Source: Candidatus Dojkabacteria bacterium (GTDB lineage: Bacteria > Patescibacteriota > Dojkabacteria > J137). From it: a DNA stretch of 51,981 nt. The notes under the pieces are model-generated. The model was given only the letters and a program-made list of their open reading frames with translations, searched no databases and was not told the DNA's origin. Of the stretch, positions 30,561 through 40,552 are shown piece by piece (position 1 is the stretch's first letter; every line of letters begins with the position of its first letter). A program made the translations under genes and the position numbers. The stretch lies in contig JAUZRK010000008.1 of assembly GCA_030950485.1 (NCBI GenBank), positions 1-51,981 of the forward strand, given 5' to 3'.

Positions 30561-32621
30561 ATGAATAAACTTATAAAAAATCTTTCAATTTCACTATTAT
30601 TCTTTATAATCTCAGCTTTTGTGCTGAGCGTTAATAACAAATCATCGGCACAAGTAACAATAAACTTTCCAGAATACGAAGTTGATATAGAAATTCAAAA
30701 AGATACAAGTCTTATAATAAGAGAAGAAATAACAAATGAAGTAACGGGAAATTTCCATGGTTTAAGAAGAGATATTCCACTCTCAAATAATCAGTGTGAA
30801 GGAAATTTGGAACTTACATGTGGCGGTTTTGAAAGTATTATACCTTTAGGCATTTATAACCAGTTTGGAGATAAGCCAGAAGATGGTACAACTAGATTTT
30901 ACTTCTATATCGATGATTACGGACAAGAGTTTGCGAGATTAGAATGGGAACTTTACCCTGAAGGAAAGGAGGTAAATTATGAAGAATATAAATGGATAGT
31001 AGAATATGAGATTTTAGGAAGTATTGTTGCTGGAGGAGAAGACAATACTCCTTTGTTCTATTGGAATACTCTTCCCGCTGATTCTTTTGGAACTTTTGAT
31101 AATACTAAAATTACTATTGAATTTCCTAAATCAGTAGATTTAGATTATGAGAAATTTGATTTTCTATCTCCAGTTGGATTTGAATATAGAATTAATAGAT
31201 CAGACAATACAATAGAATTTCAACTTGGTGATTTCCCTTATTACGATAAAAATTTTACTGTTGCATATTTCTTTGATAACAATGATTTAAAATTGCCTAA
31301 CTTTAAGAAATTAAAACCAGGCCAAATAGACTTTGATTTCGAAAGGCCTTTATCTCTATCAACTATATTATTTAATGAAATTACTTTAGTAGATGCATCA
31401 ACAACAAGTGAAACTATCTACTTTTTACCAACCGGAAAGTATGAGTTCGAGATTAAACATATTGGATATAAAACAAAAACTGTCGAAGCCGAAATTAAAT
31501 CAGGCGAAGTAACAAATGAAACTATATATTTAGAAGCTAAGGCTTGGATGTCATTTTTGATTGGATTAACTAATGTTTCATTTTTTGTAGGGATCGGATT
31601 AAGTTTTTATGCAATATTCTACGTAAGAAAGAGATACTTAAAAAAAGGTAAAGATGCAATTGATATAAAAACGGTTGTTCCAGCTTGCAAGCCACCAACT
31701 GGTATAAGTCCTTATCTTTTAGGTTCAATAAAAGATGAAAAAGTTGATAAAGTTGATATTACAGGATCAATTATCGATTTAGCGTTTAGAGGATATATTA
31801 AAATTAAAGAACTTAAAAAAGGAAAAAACTACGAGTTAACTAAACTAGAGAATGCTAAAGCAACTGTAGAATTAGATAGTATAGAAAAAGATCTTTTAGA
31901 AGCAATATTCGGTAGTAAAGATAAAGTAGAAACAAAAGATTTAAGTTATACATTTGTTTCGAAGCTTAAAATCCTAGAAAAGGATATTTATAAAAAATTA
32001 GAGACGGATGGGTACTTTAAAGAGCAGCCGGATACAGTTAGAGCAAAAAATACAGGTATTGGTATAACTCTTTCAGTATTTGGAGTTGTTTTAACTGTTG
32101 GATTAACAGTTTTTATAGTTACACTGATGGGAATACTTAATTTATTCACTATTGGAATTGCAATGTTAATTTTAGGACTTGGAATTCTTTTAACTGCAAA
32201 GTATATGCCATCAAAATCTGAAAAAGGATCTAAAATTTTTGGTGAAATACTTGGCTTTAAAATGTACATGGAGACTGCAGAGAAATATAGAGTTCAAAAT
32301 CTCGAACCAAAAGATTTCGAAAGATATTTATCATATGCAATAGTATTTGAGATAGAAAAGAAGTGGGCAGACAAATTTAAAGATATATATATCAGCACTC
32401 CAGACTGGTATGAAGGTAGCGGAAATATAACAGATGCTTATTTCTTAAGTCGATTTGCAAGAAACTTTTCTAATTCTACTACTAATAAAATTAGTTCATT
32501 GACCAAAAGCAGTGGGAGTAGCGGAGGACGCGGTTGGAGTAGCGGAGGATGGAGTTCAGGTGGAAGCTTTGGAGGATTCTCTGGAGGAGGAGGTGGAGGA
32601 GGTTCTGCAGGCGGTTGGTAA
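30561..32621 (+). CDS. DUF2207 membrane protein with PEGA-like insert
   Basis: FHGLRRDIP, FYWN, IIDLAFRGYI, ILGFKMYM, FERYLSYAIVF and Gly/Ser tail ending GGGSAGGW. Confidence 0.9.
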   Translation: MNKLIKNLSISLLFFIISAFVLSVNNKSSAQVTINFPEYEVDIEIQKDTSLIIREEITNEVTGNFHGLRRDIPLSNNQCEGNLELTCGGFESIIPLGIYNQFGDKPEDGTTRFYFYIDDYGQEFARLEWELYPEGKEVNYEEYKWIVEYEILGSIVAGGEDNTPLFYWNTLPADSFGTFDNTKITIEFPKSVDLDYEKFDFLSPVGFEYRINRSDNTIEFQLGDFPYYDKNFTVAYFFDNNDLKLPNFKKLKPGQIDFDFERPLSLSTILFNEITLVDASTTSETIYFLPTGKYEFEIKHIGYKTKTVEAEIKSGEVTNETIYLEAKAWMSFLIGLTNVSFFVGIGLSFYAIFYVRKRYLKKGKDAIDIKTVVPACKPPTGISPYLLGSIKDEKVDKVDITGSIIDLAFRGYIKIKELKKGKNYELTKLENAKATVELDSIEKDLLEAIFGSKDKVETKDLSYTFVSKLKILEKDIYKKLETDGYFKEQPDTVRAKNTGIGITLSVFGVVLTVGLTVFIVTLMGILNLFTIGIAMLILGLGILLTAKYMPSKSEKGSKIFGEILGFKMYMETAEKYRVQNLEPKDFERYLSYAIVFEIEKKWADKFKDIYISTPDWYEGSGNITDAYFLSRFARNFSNSTTNKISSLTKSSGSSGGRGWSSGGWSSGGSFGGFSGGGGGGGSAGGW

Positions 32622-32633
32622 GGCTAGAATTTT

Positions 32634-34204
32634 TTAAGCGGAAGATATTGCCAAATTCATTAAAAAATCTTTATTAACATAAAGTAACATCGCCCCTGTG
32701 CTTATTAAGAAAAATGGCCATAAATATACATTATGTGAATTTGAAGAATTAATATCTTTAGATTTCTCAGACAGATTAGGGTTTTCTGTCAATTCTTGTA
32801 ATTCTAATATCGGTAATAAATATTCTTTATATGTATCATTTAAGCCAGCACCAGTTTCATAATTAAAGTCCAAAATACTCTTAGTGTTATCTTTACTATC
32901 AGTTTCATTAGTTTCTTTATCCTCAAGGCTCTTATCTACAAGAATAGTTCCAACATCGTCAAGACTTTTTTCTTTAGTAATTAAAACATTTCTTTCTCCA
33001 GCAGTAACTTCAATTGTTTCATTTAGAGTGCCGCTATATTCTAGATAACTATCACTACCCCACTCTCGAATCATAGAGTTTCCTTTTACAGTTTGTAAAT
33101 AAGTAATTGAATCAACAAGTTTATCGTTAGGATCAAAAAGACTAATAGTATCTCCATTATTCTTTAATGCCGGTAAGTAAACATCATAAATTACATAGTG
33201 AGTTTCAGCAGGAATAAATAGATCTTTAATTACTCCCTTGCTTGAAGATGAGTTAAGAAAATACCATCCGTCTAAATCAATATCTTCCAGGCCTAAGTTA
33301 TAAATCTCTATCCACTCTCTTCCACCTTGTTTTGTATCTGGACTTGGAAAACTTCACTGAATTGTAGTTTATCATCATAAATATGAACTTCTGAACTTTC
33401 AAACTCTACTATTTGATCATCGTTATCAATTAAGTTAAGTTTAATTTTTCTCCCAATATAATTATCTATGATAATTGGAGAGCTAATTTCAGAATTAACA
33501 TCTAAGAGCCATTTTTCAAATTTATAGTCATTTACAAGCGGATCGGTAATATATCTAAAAAACAACTCAGTTTCGCCGTAGGAATCTAATGACTCGTTCC
33601 AATTTATTTCATCAGTACTAAATTCAATTTTAACTTCAGGTTGAGTTATTATTTCTCCATCCCAACATGTCTCATCTTTATTCAGATTTTCAATATTTAA
33701 AGAATTAGAGTCAGGGTGAACTAATAATTCGTTGCACTCTATAGAATCTATAGGCCCTTTTCTTTCAAAACTTTTTCCTGAAACTGCATTCGAATATTCT
33801 AGATAATCAATGATTTCATCATTTTCATTTATAAGCCTAATAATTGAACCGCTATTATACATATTTAAACCTCCCGCACCCACATCAATATAGTTAGTAA
33901 ATTTATAATCTGTAGCATCCTCAGTTATAATAATGAATTCATTTGATCCAATTTCACCTTCTATAATTATGGTTGTTCTAACTGATCCCGAATCTGAAAC
34001 TGTTTCAATTTTCCAGTTATTTAAATTTATAGTGTTATCACTTACGTTATATAGTTCTATCCATTCAAGACCAGCGTCAGTACCTACAGGATTAGGTAAA
34101 AATTCATTAATGAATACTTTATCATTAATTTCAGTTGATTGAGCATTTAGCTTATGGCTAAATATAAAGAATGTAAATAAACATAATAGTATTCGTTTTT
34201 TCAT
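32634..34204 (-). pseudogene. Surface protein with two lamin-tail domains and C-terminal TM, 1-bp frameshift
   Basis: INEFLPNP...EWIELYN; one base added near 33348-33351 gives SEVFPSPD..GREWIEIYN and joins ORF 32634-33074. Confidence 0.85.
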
Positions 34205-34275
34205 ACTTAAATTTTAGTATGAATTTAGACAAATTTATTTTGTGAATTTATTTAATCGAAAGAAAGTTGAAAGAA

Positions 34276-34746
34276 TTAGTCTGACATATTGTAAATTGCA
34301 GGAACCTCAATATCTAAAGGCCTTAAAAGCGCATCGCTATTATCATCCTGAATAACTACTTCAAAAATTCTAAAAACATCGCTTTGTTGAACTGTAAGAG
34401 ATTGAGTATATAGGTTAATATTCTGATATCTAGAATCTAGTTGTAAGCTCAAAGGTGGAAGTTGTATTAATTCACCTTCTTCAAAGATACTCCTCCGAAT
34501 TATATAGCTATTATCTTCATTTAATCTCGCCAAAGTAATGAGTTGATTTTCATAGAATGCAGTATTACTAACTCTATGTATAGGTAAGTCTATATTAAAG
34601 TTTTTAATAGTACCGTCTTCATTTATTGATCTAAAAACTAGTTGTCTATCACTCCCCCAACCATTTAAATTTGAACCCAATAATACTTGACCTTGAAACT
34701 GACTTGCGCTTAAAAATACTTCTTCATTTCCTATAATCATTGGCAA
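34276..34746 (-). CDS. Hypothetical protein
   Basis: 156-aa ORF with TTG start only 9 bp from the divergent gene; start uncertain. Confidence 0.45.
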   Translation of the reverse strand: MPMIIGNEEVFLSASQFQGQVLLGSNLNGWGSDRQLVFRSINEDGTIKNFNIDLPIHRVSNTAFYENQLITLARLNEDNSYIIRRSIFEEGELIQLPPLSLQLDSRYQNINLYTQSLTVQQSDVFRIFEVVIQDDNSDALLRPLDIEVPAIYNMSD

Positions 34747-34755
34747 GTTAAATAA

Positions 34756-35559
34756 ATGAAGAAAATAATATTAAACGCGGATGATTTTGGTTATAGAGAT
34801 GATGTATCTCAAGCAATTTTGGATTCTCATATTAAAGGAGTTTTAACAAGTACGACTGTCTTAGTTAATTTCATAACTGATGAGTATGTAGAAAAAGCTA
34901 AACAAGTTAATACACTAGGTTTCGGACTACACTTAAACATTACTTCAGGGAACCCGCTAACGAATGAATGGAAAGATGAATATGGATCATTTACAAGACC
35001 ACTAAGAGGTAAACAAGGTGAATTTGATAGACAAAATTGGATCGATTTCTTTAAAGATATAAATACTGAAATAGTATTCAAAGAGTACGAAGCCCAATAT
35101 AAACAGTTCGTTAAAATATTTGATAAAGAACCTACCCATATTGATGCTCATCATTACAGCGGCATGTATAAAAAGACTCTTCCAGCATATTTAGAACTAG
35201 CAAAAAAATATAATCTCAGATCTAGATATCCTATCAGTATGGACTGGGCAGAAAATCAAAATATAGAACAACATGCAATGAGTAAGGTGATGAGAAGAAA
35301 TGATTTAAAAGAAACTTTTATAAAGTCAGAGATTATTATTCCAAGCTATCAATCAACTGAATTCTTTCATAGATATAAGAATTACCTAGAGCTAATAGAA
35401 TACGAGATTAGTTGCATTAATGACGGTGAAAGTATTGAGTTATTCTGGCATCCAGGATTTGAAGAAAAGCTTAGAAAAGATGATTATACAATGTTAGTAA
35501 GTGATGAACTAAAAAATTTACTTTCCAAACATAATTTAGTAACGTATGGGGCTATTTAG
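34756..35559 (+). CDS. ChbG/YdjC-family carbohydrate deacetylase
   Basis: ILNADDFG, GLHLN, PTHIDAHH and ELFWHPG. Confidence 0.92.
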   Translation: MKKIILNADDFGYRDDVSQAILDSHIKGVLTSTTVLVNFITDEYVEKAKQVNTLGFGLHLNITSGNPLTNEWKDEYGSFTRPLRGKQGEFDRQNWIDFFKDINTEIVFKEYEAQYKQFVKIFDKEPTHIDAHHYSGMYKKTLPAYLELAKKYNLRSRYPISMDWAENQNIEQHAMSKVMRRNDLKETFIKSEIIIPSYQSTEFFHRYKNYLELIEYEISCINDGESIELFWHPGFEEKLRKDDYTMLVSDELKNLLSKHNLVTYGAI

Positions 35560-36496
35560 TTCTATTACTATTCTTCTTTAACATAGTTCCGAGTGCTACT
35601 AGAGAAAGACCTATAAAACTAATTCTATAAGTAGGAATATTTGAATCTGACTCCGAAGTATTTGGCAATGTAGTACCTCCTCCATTATTATTGTTTGATC
35701 CTATAGATGAGTCGCTAACAATTATAGTATCTGTGTCTTCGCATCCGCTACCAGCTTGTCCAGGAGTTGTAACTGTTACATTTACAATTCCAGCTTGTAG
35801 TAATGAAACTGTTGGTATTAAACTAATACCAGCTAGGTTAAACTTTGCGTTTACAAATCCACCTCCATTAAGTGTAATATCTGCATTTGAAGCTACATTT
35901 TCACAAGCAGCAGTTTGAGCCGCAGTACATTGAAAAGCTACAATTCTTATAGTTGGGTTCTTTACTTTATCAACGCTTAGATTTTCAGTCCAGTTACTAT
36001 TACTATTAAGTTGTGCTCTAAATTTTGTTGCTACAAAATCACATGTATTTGTAGGTGTATTGGTAATTCCTGTTACATTAACCGTTGATGTTCCAGTACA
36101 TCCTGCCCCTGATTTATTTGGCGTTGTAGCTGTAATCGTTAGGGTACCATTTTGAATTAGATTTACAGTAGGAATAGAACCTGCTCCAGTTATATTAAAT
36201 GTCTCTCCGTTAAATCCAGCTCCATTTAAAGTTAGTACAACATTATTAGATACAACATCACAAGCTGCAGTCTGAGCAGCAGTACATTGAAACGCCGTTA
36301 TTCTAATACTAGGATTTTGAGACGCATCAGCATTTAAATTCTCTGTCCAAGGAGTACTCCCAGTCAGCTGTGCTCTTACCTTTGTTGTTACAAAATCACA
36401 AGAGCTTTGCGCGCTAACAGTTATTGAAATAGCTGGAAATATAACTACTAATGCCGCTAGAATAAATGAAAGTTTTAAAATGATTTTTCTATACAT
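35552..36496 (-). CDS. Secreted protein with two Cys-containing repeats and an LPNTS sorting-like signal
   Basis: Signal peptide ending VSA-Q; duplicated CDFV.TK.RAQL...AFQCTAAQTAAC...GC; LPNTS, hydrophobic stretch, basic tail. Confidence 0.8.
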   Translation of the reverse strand: MYRKIILKLSFILAALVVIFPAISITVSAQSSCDFVTTKVRAQLTGSTPWTENLNADASQNPSIRITAFQCTAAQTAACDVVSNNVVLTLNGAGFNGETFNITGAGSIPTVNLIQNGTLTITATTPNKSGAGCTGTSTVNVTGITNTPTNTCDFVATKFRAQLNSNSNWTENLSVDKVKNPTIRIVAFQCTAAQTAACENVASNADITLNGGGFVNAKFNLAGISLIPTVSLLQAGIVNVTVTTPGQAGSGCEDTDTIIVSDSSIGSNNNNGGGTTLPNTSESDSNIPTYRISFIGLSLVALGTMLKKNSNRTK

Positions 36497-36558
36497 ATAG
36501 ATAGAATACAGTAAAAGAGACTAGAAGAAAATATTTATGATAAATTGAGAAAGCTCAG

Positions 36559-37020
36559 TTAATAATCAATCTTTCTACTATATCTCATTGAGATTGGCTC
36601 ATCATTATAAATCTGAGTATACAATGTTCTAATGTCTTCATGTACTATTTCTGATTCATTAAGTTTATCAAGTTCGTCTTTAGTAAACCATTTACCAGTC
36701 TGTATAGCAGGGTCAGTAGAATCATTTTTATTCCAAAGTATTGCTTTTGTATAAAAAACTATATAGTTCCAATGTTCATCTTCTTTTGTACAATAGTACA
36801 TAGCTATAATTTTCTCAGAATCAGTTTTATATCCAGTCTCCTCTTCTACTTCTCTTGAAATCGCTTGATTTAATGTCTCACCATCTTCTACTCCTCCACC
36901 AGGTAGATTCCATCTATCTTCGCTTATCTTATTTAAATCTACTTCTTTAACTAAATATATTCTTTTTTCTGAATCTAGTAATATAGCTCCAACAAAGTTT
37001 CGAAATTTTTCATTATTCAT
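36559..37020 (-). CDS. NUDIX hydrolase
   Basis: Nudix box GGGVEDGETLNQAISREVEEETG. Confidence 0.95.
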   Translation of the reverse strand: MNNEKFRNFVGAILLDSEKRIYLVKEVDLNKISEDRWNLPGGGVEDGETLNQAISREVEEETGYKTDSEKIIAMYYCTKEDEHWNYIVFYTKAILWNKNDSTDPAIQTGKWFTKDELDKLNESEIVHEDIRTLYTQIYNDEPISMRYSRKIDY

Positions 37021-37031
37021 ATGCTGTTTTG

Positions 37032-37089
37032 TACTTTTGACTTCTTACTTTTTTTTCTTTTTCTTTTTTCCTTGTGATTTCTTACTTTT
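37032..37089. repeat. 7-bp periodic repeats at the 3' end of the CCA-enzyme gene
   Basis: TACTTTT GACTTCT TACTTTT ... GATTTCT TACTTTT. Confidence 0.55.
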
Positions 37090-38644
37090 CCTCTTCCAAA
37101 TATTCTTTTGCAAACTTTAACAAGTCTTCTTTTTTATTATAAATTGGCTCTTCAATAATCTTATCTAGAAGAAAATTAAGAATCTCTCCTATTTGTGGAC
37201 CTGTCTCAATTTCAAAATTTTCCATTAAATCTTTACCTGTGATATCTAAATCCGTAATCTTCAAAGCCATATCTTTCGATCTAACCTCTGAAATTCTTTC
37301 TGAAAGCGCATCAAGCTCAACTGGATCCCATTCACTTTTTGGATTAGCAGTAGCATCAGCTATTCGAAGTCTCATTAGATCATCAATAGCATCTTCTCCA
37401 CCAACATTTATAATAAGTCTTCTAATAGCAGAATCCGACCACCCATGTAGTTTTGAGTTACGACTTGAGGGTTGCGAGTTTTCTGGAATTTGCTGGTTTA
37501 TTCTTTGCTCCAACTCTTCACTCATAACTCGGTACTCGTCACCCGGAACCGATTTTCTCCAATCTGAACTTGGATAATAGAACATGTGCCATCTAATTAA
37601 TTTAGAAGCTCTTTCAATTTCAATATTAGGAAATTTTAATCTTTTCATTATCTCTTTTGACATTTTTTCACCTTCTACATCATGTCCATAGAAATGTACT
37701 CCCTTATCATCTTTGCTATAACATCTTGGTTTACCTATATCGTGTAGTAAAGCTGCTACCTTTATTCTATCTTCTGCTAAATCACAAGTTTTCAATGAAT
37801 GCTCAAAAACATCATCAACATGAAATTGAGGTTGATGAACATGTTCACCCTCCAGTAATTCAGGTATAAAAAGTTCTAGAATACCGCAATCTCTCATTAA
37901 TCTTAAACCTTTTGATGGTTTAGGAGATTTCAATAAAAGCTTCATTAATTCATCTCTAAATCTTTCTACCGAAACCCTTTTTGTAATATGTAAAGTTTTA
38001 TTGATTGCTGAAAATGTATTATCTTCAATTTTAAATAAATCATTATCATCGGAATTAAGCGCACTATCTAAGTTTGCTACTAGCCTACAAGCTCTAACTG
38101 CTCTTAACCCATCTTCCGTAAATCTTTCTAAAGGGTCTCCGACTGCTTTAATAATCCGAGACTTTAAATCTTCTTTTCCTCCAAATGGATCAATTATCAT
38201 TTGTTTAAGACTCATTTCGCTATTATCAAATTCTTGTAGATTTAAAGCTATAGCGTTTATAGTAAAGTCTCTTCTTTTTAAATCTTCGTTTATTGTCTTT
38301 GCATAATCTACTTTCGCTGGCCATCTTCCACCAACATAATCTGCTTCAGATCTATAAGTAGTTACCTCTACATCAAATCTCTCTCCTTTTTCATCTTCAG
38401 TCACAACTATAATTGTTCCAAATTGTGCTCCAACTGGAATTGATTTATCAAAAACATTCTCTACATCTTCTGGTAATGCATTAGTAGCAATATCATAATC
38501 ATCTGGTCTTTTCCCAAGCATTATATCTCTAACACTACCTCCTACTAAAAAAGCTTCAAAGCCCTTAGATTGTAGCTTTTCAGAAATTTCAACAACATAG
38601 TTTGGAATTAGATTTAAAAGCGATTCTTTTGTTAATTGGATCAT
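37082..38644 (-). CDS. cca: CCA tRNA nucleotidyltransferase with HD domain
   Basis: VGGSVRD, DYDIAT, EVTTYR, DLKRRDFTINA, FTEDGLR and LLHDIGK...FYGH. Confidence 0.92.
   Translation of the reverse strand: MIQLTKESLLNLIPNYVVEISEKLQSKGFEAFLVGGSVRDIMLGKRPDDYDIATNALPEDVENVFDKSIPVGAQFGTIIVVTEDEKGERFDVEVTTYRSEADYVGGRWPAKVDYAKTINEDLKRRDFTINAIALNLQEFDNSEMSLKQMIIDPFGGKEDLKSRIIKAVGDPLERFTEDGLRAVRACRLVANLDSALNSDDNDLFKIEDNTFSAINKTLHITKRVSVERFRDELMKLLLKSPKPSKGLRLMRDCGILELFIPELLEGEHVHQPQFHVDDVFEHSLKTCDLAEDRIKVAALLHDIGKPRCYSKDDKGVHFYGHDVEGEKMSKEIMKRLKFPNIEIERASKLIRWHMFYYPSSDWRKSVPGDEYRVMSEELEQRINQQIPENSQPSSRNSKLHGWSDSAIRRLIINVGGEDAIDDLMRLRIADATANPKSEWDPVELDALSERISEVRSKDMALKITDLDITGKDLMENFEIETGPQIGEILNFLLDKIIEEPIYNKKEDLLKFAKEYLEEEK
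37446..37553. repeat. Inverted arrays of 7-bp repeats inside the cca coding sequence
   Basis: Five nnGAGTT-type heptads (37446-37480), 31-bp spacer, six AACTCnn-type heptads (37512-37553). Confidence 0.8.
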
Positions 38645-38698
38645 TCTCTATAGTTATTTAGAACTTATTATATATCTTTAACGAAGATTAACGCAATT

Positions 38699-39361
38699 TT
38701 ACTGATTTATTTTCTTTAGTACTTCTAAAACTTCATCGAAATTATTACAAACATAATCAGCATTCTCGACAACGTTATCTCTTTTCTGATTTCCTACAAA
38801 TGCAATAAAATAATCTGCTGCTCCGGATATTTTTATCTCATGATCTGGAAAGCCATCTCCAACAACAATATTTGAGCCTGATTTTACTAAATTATCAACA
38901 ACTGTTATCTTCCCACCTGGGTGTGCAAGAGGGTTATCTCTATTGTGTTTTACAAATTTTCCATTCTCGTTAAAAATAAATTCATTAGCAAAAATGTTTT
39001 CTTTTTTAATTTCAAAGTCTTCTAAAACTGGATAAATAAAGTCTAAAAATCCTCCTGAAATTACAAAAAAGTTATCAGATATCTTTAGTAATTCAGCAGC
39101 CTTTTCTATAAAGCTACTCGTTAAGTTTAACTTTAAGACTTTTATAAGTTCATCTAGATCATTTTTATCAAACTCTAGTAATTTCAATCTCCTTGTTAGA
39201 GATTCTTCAAAGTTTATTTGCCCGCTCATTCCAAGATTAGTAATCTCCTCAATCTCTTCTGAGATATTCTTATCCCAATTATTTTTCTGAACAATTGTAG
39301 CAAGTTCATCTAGTCCTTCAAGTTTACAAATTGTGCTGTCAAAATCAATAATTAAGTTCAT
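38699..39361 (-). CDS. HAD-IB hydrolase, phosphoserine phosphatase-like
   Basis: IDFDST..EGLDELA, MSG...FEESL..R, ISGGF and VGDG..D. Confidence 0.88.
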   Translation of the reverse strand: MNLIIDFDSTICKLEGLDELATIVQKNNWDKNISEEIEEITNLGMSGQINFEESLTRRLKLLEFDKNDLDELIKVLKLNLTSSFIEKAAELLKISDNFFVISGGFLDFIYPVLEDFEIKKENIFANEFIFNENGKFVKHNRDNPLAHPGGKITVVDNLVKSGSNIVVGDGFPDHEIKISGAADYFIAFVGNQKRDNVVENADYVCNNFDEVLEVLKKINQ

Positions 39362-39608
39362 GTATTTGGGTGTTATTAAATGTATTTAGATAAGACTATT
39401 CTACCGTGTTATCGATAATTTTCAAGTATATACTAAGTTTTTGATATATGAAGACAGTAAATTAATAACTTTTTGGTGAACTTCACCGTTGTATTGGAAT
39501 CAGAAGTTAGATTTCTATAATCTAGTTCAAATTACTTAGAGACAACACTGATTAACAGGTTTAGAGTAAATATAATTATAAGATTTTGTTATTTAGGAAG
39601 TTTTTAAA

Positions 39609-39694
39609 TACCGAGGGCGGGACTTGAACCCGCACTGAGAATAACCCCAACCGGATTTTAAGTCCGGCGTGTCTACCAATTCCACCACCTCGGC
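39609..39694 (-). tRNA. tRNA-Leu (anticodon UAA), CCA not encoded
   Basis: GCCGAGG/CCTCGGT acceptor stem, CCGGA-CTTAAAA-TCCGG anticodon arm, long variable arm, GGTTCAAGTCC T arm. Confidence 0.96.
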
Positions 39695-39898
39695 ATGTTT
39701 TTAGCTTTGTATGATTTTATCACTCAACTTTATATTCTTGAGCTTCTCTATCACCTCAGCATATATCTTACGTAAAACTTAAAATGTACTACGTAAAACA
39801 ATATTTATAAAGAGCTTAAGGATTATACAATATTTAGATAGAAAGTTAAAAGTAAATAAAAATTTTTAGTATAATAAAATAAATTTACTAATGAATTA

Positions 39899-40546
39899 AT
39901 GAATACTAATATTAGTGCGAAAAGAGTCTTGGTGTATGGCGACTCAGTTACGTGGGGAAGAATAGCAAAAAAAACAGAAAGATTTGACGCACAGACAAGA
40001 TACACATCAGTTTTACAAAATGAATTAGGCAATAATTTTGAGGTAATTGAAGAGGGTTTAAAAAGTAGAATGGCTAAGGGGGAGAACCCTTATTCTGCAT
40101 ATAAAAATGGATATGAGCAATTCATACCCATATTCTCATCGCATTTACCAATTGATATACTTGTAATTTTTCTAGGAATTAATGATACAAATAATAAGGC
40201 TAATAAATCTTCTGAACAGATTGTGCAAGACTTAGAATCCTATATACAACTAGTTTCAGAATTGTCTAAAGATTTAAGCTTTTCTAAATCAGAAAGTATA
40301 ATCTTTGTGTCACCTCATAATATAGATTCATCTAAGCTTAAAGAAGGTAGTATGTTTAGTGGTGCTTCAGAAAAAATTAGTAAGCTACCTGAACTTATAG
40401 AAAATATGACATCTAAACATACACTACATCATTTTAAGGCTGGTTCATTTATAAAAAACACTAGTGAAGATGGTGTACATTTAGGTGCTAAAGAAAATGT
40501 ATTACTTGGAAAAAAACTAGCAGATTTTATCAAGCATAATTTATAG
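39899..40546 (+). CDS. SGNH/GDSL hydrolase
   Basis: YGDSVTWG, EEGL, FLGIND and DGVHL. Confidence 0.92.
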   Translation: MNTNISAKRVLVYGDSVTWGRIAKKTERFDAQTRYTSVLQNELGNNFEVIEEGLKSRMAKGENPYSAYKNGYEQFIPIFSSHLPIDILVIFLGINDTNNKANKSSEQIVQDLESYIQLVSELSKDLSFSKSESIIFVSPHNIDSSKLKEGSMFSGASEKISKLPELIENMTSKHTLHHFKAGSFIKNTSEDGVHLGAKENVLLGKKLADFIKHNL

Positions 40547-40552
40547 TGATAA

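Noticed and set aside
32510-32621. G-rich low-complexity tract
   Set aside because: Normal Gly/Ser tail of DUF2207 proteins.
39505-39535. TAGAT-TTCTATA-ATCTA hairpin followed by GTTCAAAT, resembling an amber tRNA
   Set aside because: No T stem, D arm or acceptor stem can be formed.
39609-39694. tRNA with TAA in the loop as an ochre suppressor explaining in-frame TAA codons
   Set aside because: Anticodon UAA reads UUA (Leu); an ochre suppressor needs anticodon UUA. TAA is also a normal stop for many genes here.
39740-39762. Weak echo of the tRNA-Leu 5' end (CTATCACCTCAGCAT)
   Set aside because: Only 12 of 15 bases match with no further structure; could be chance.
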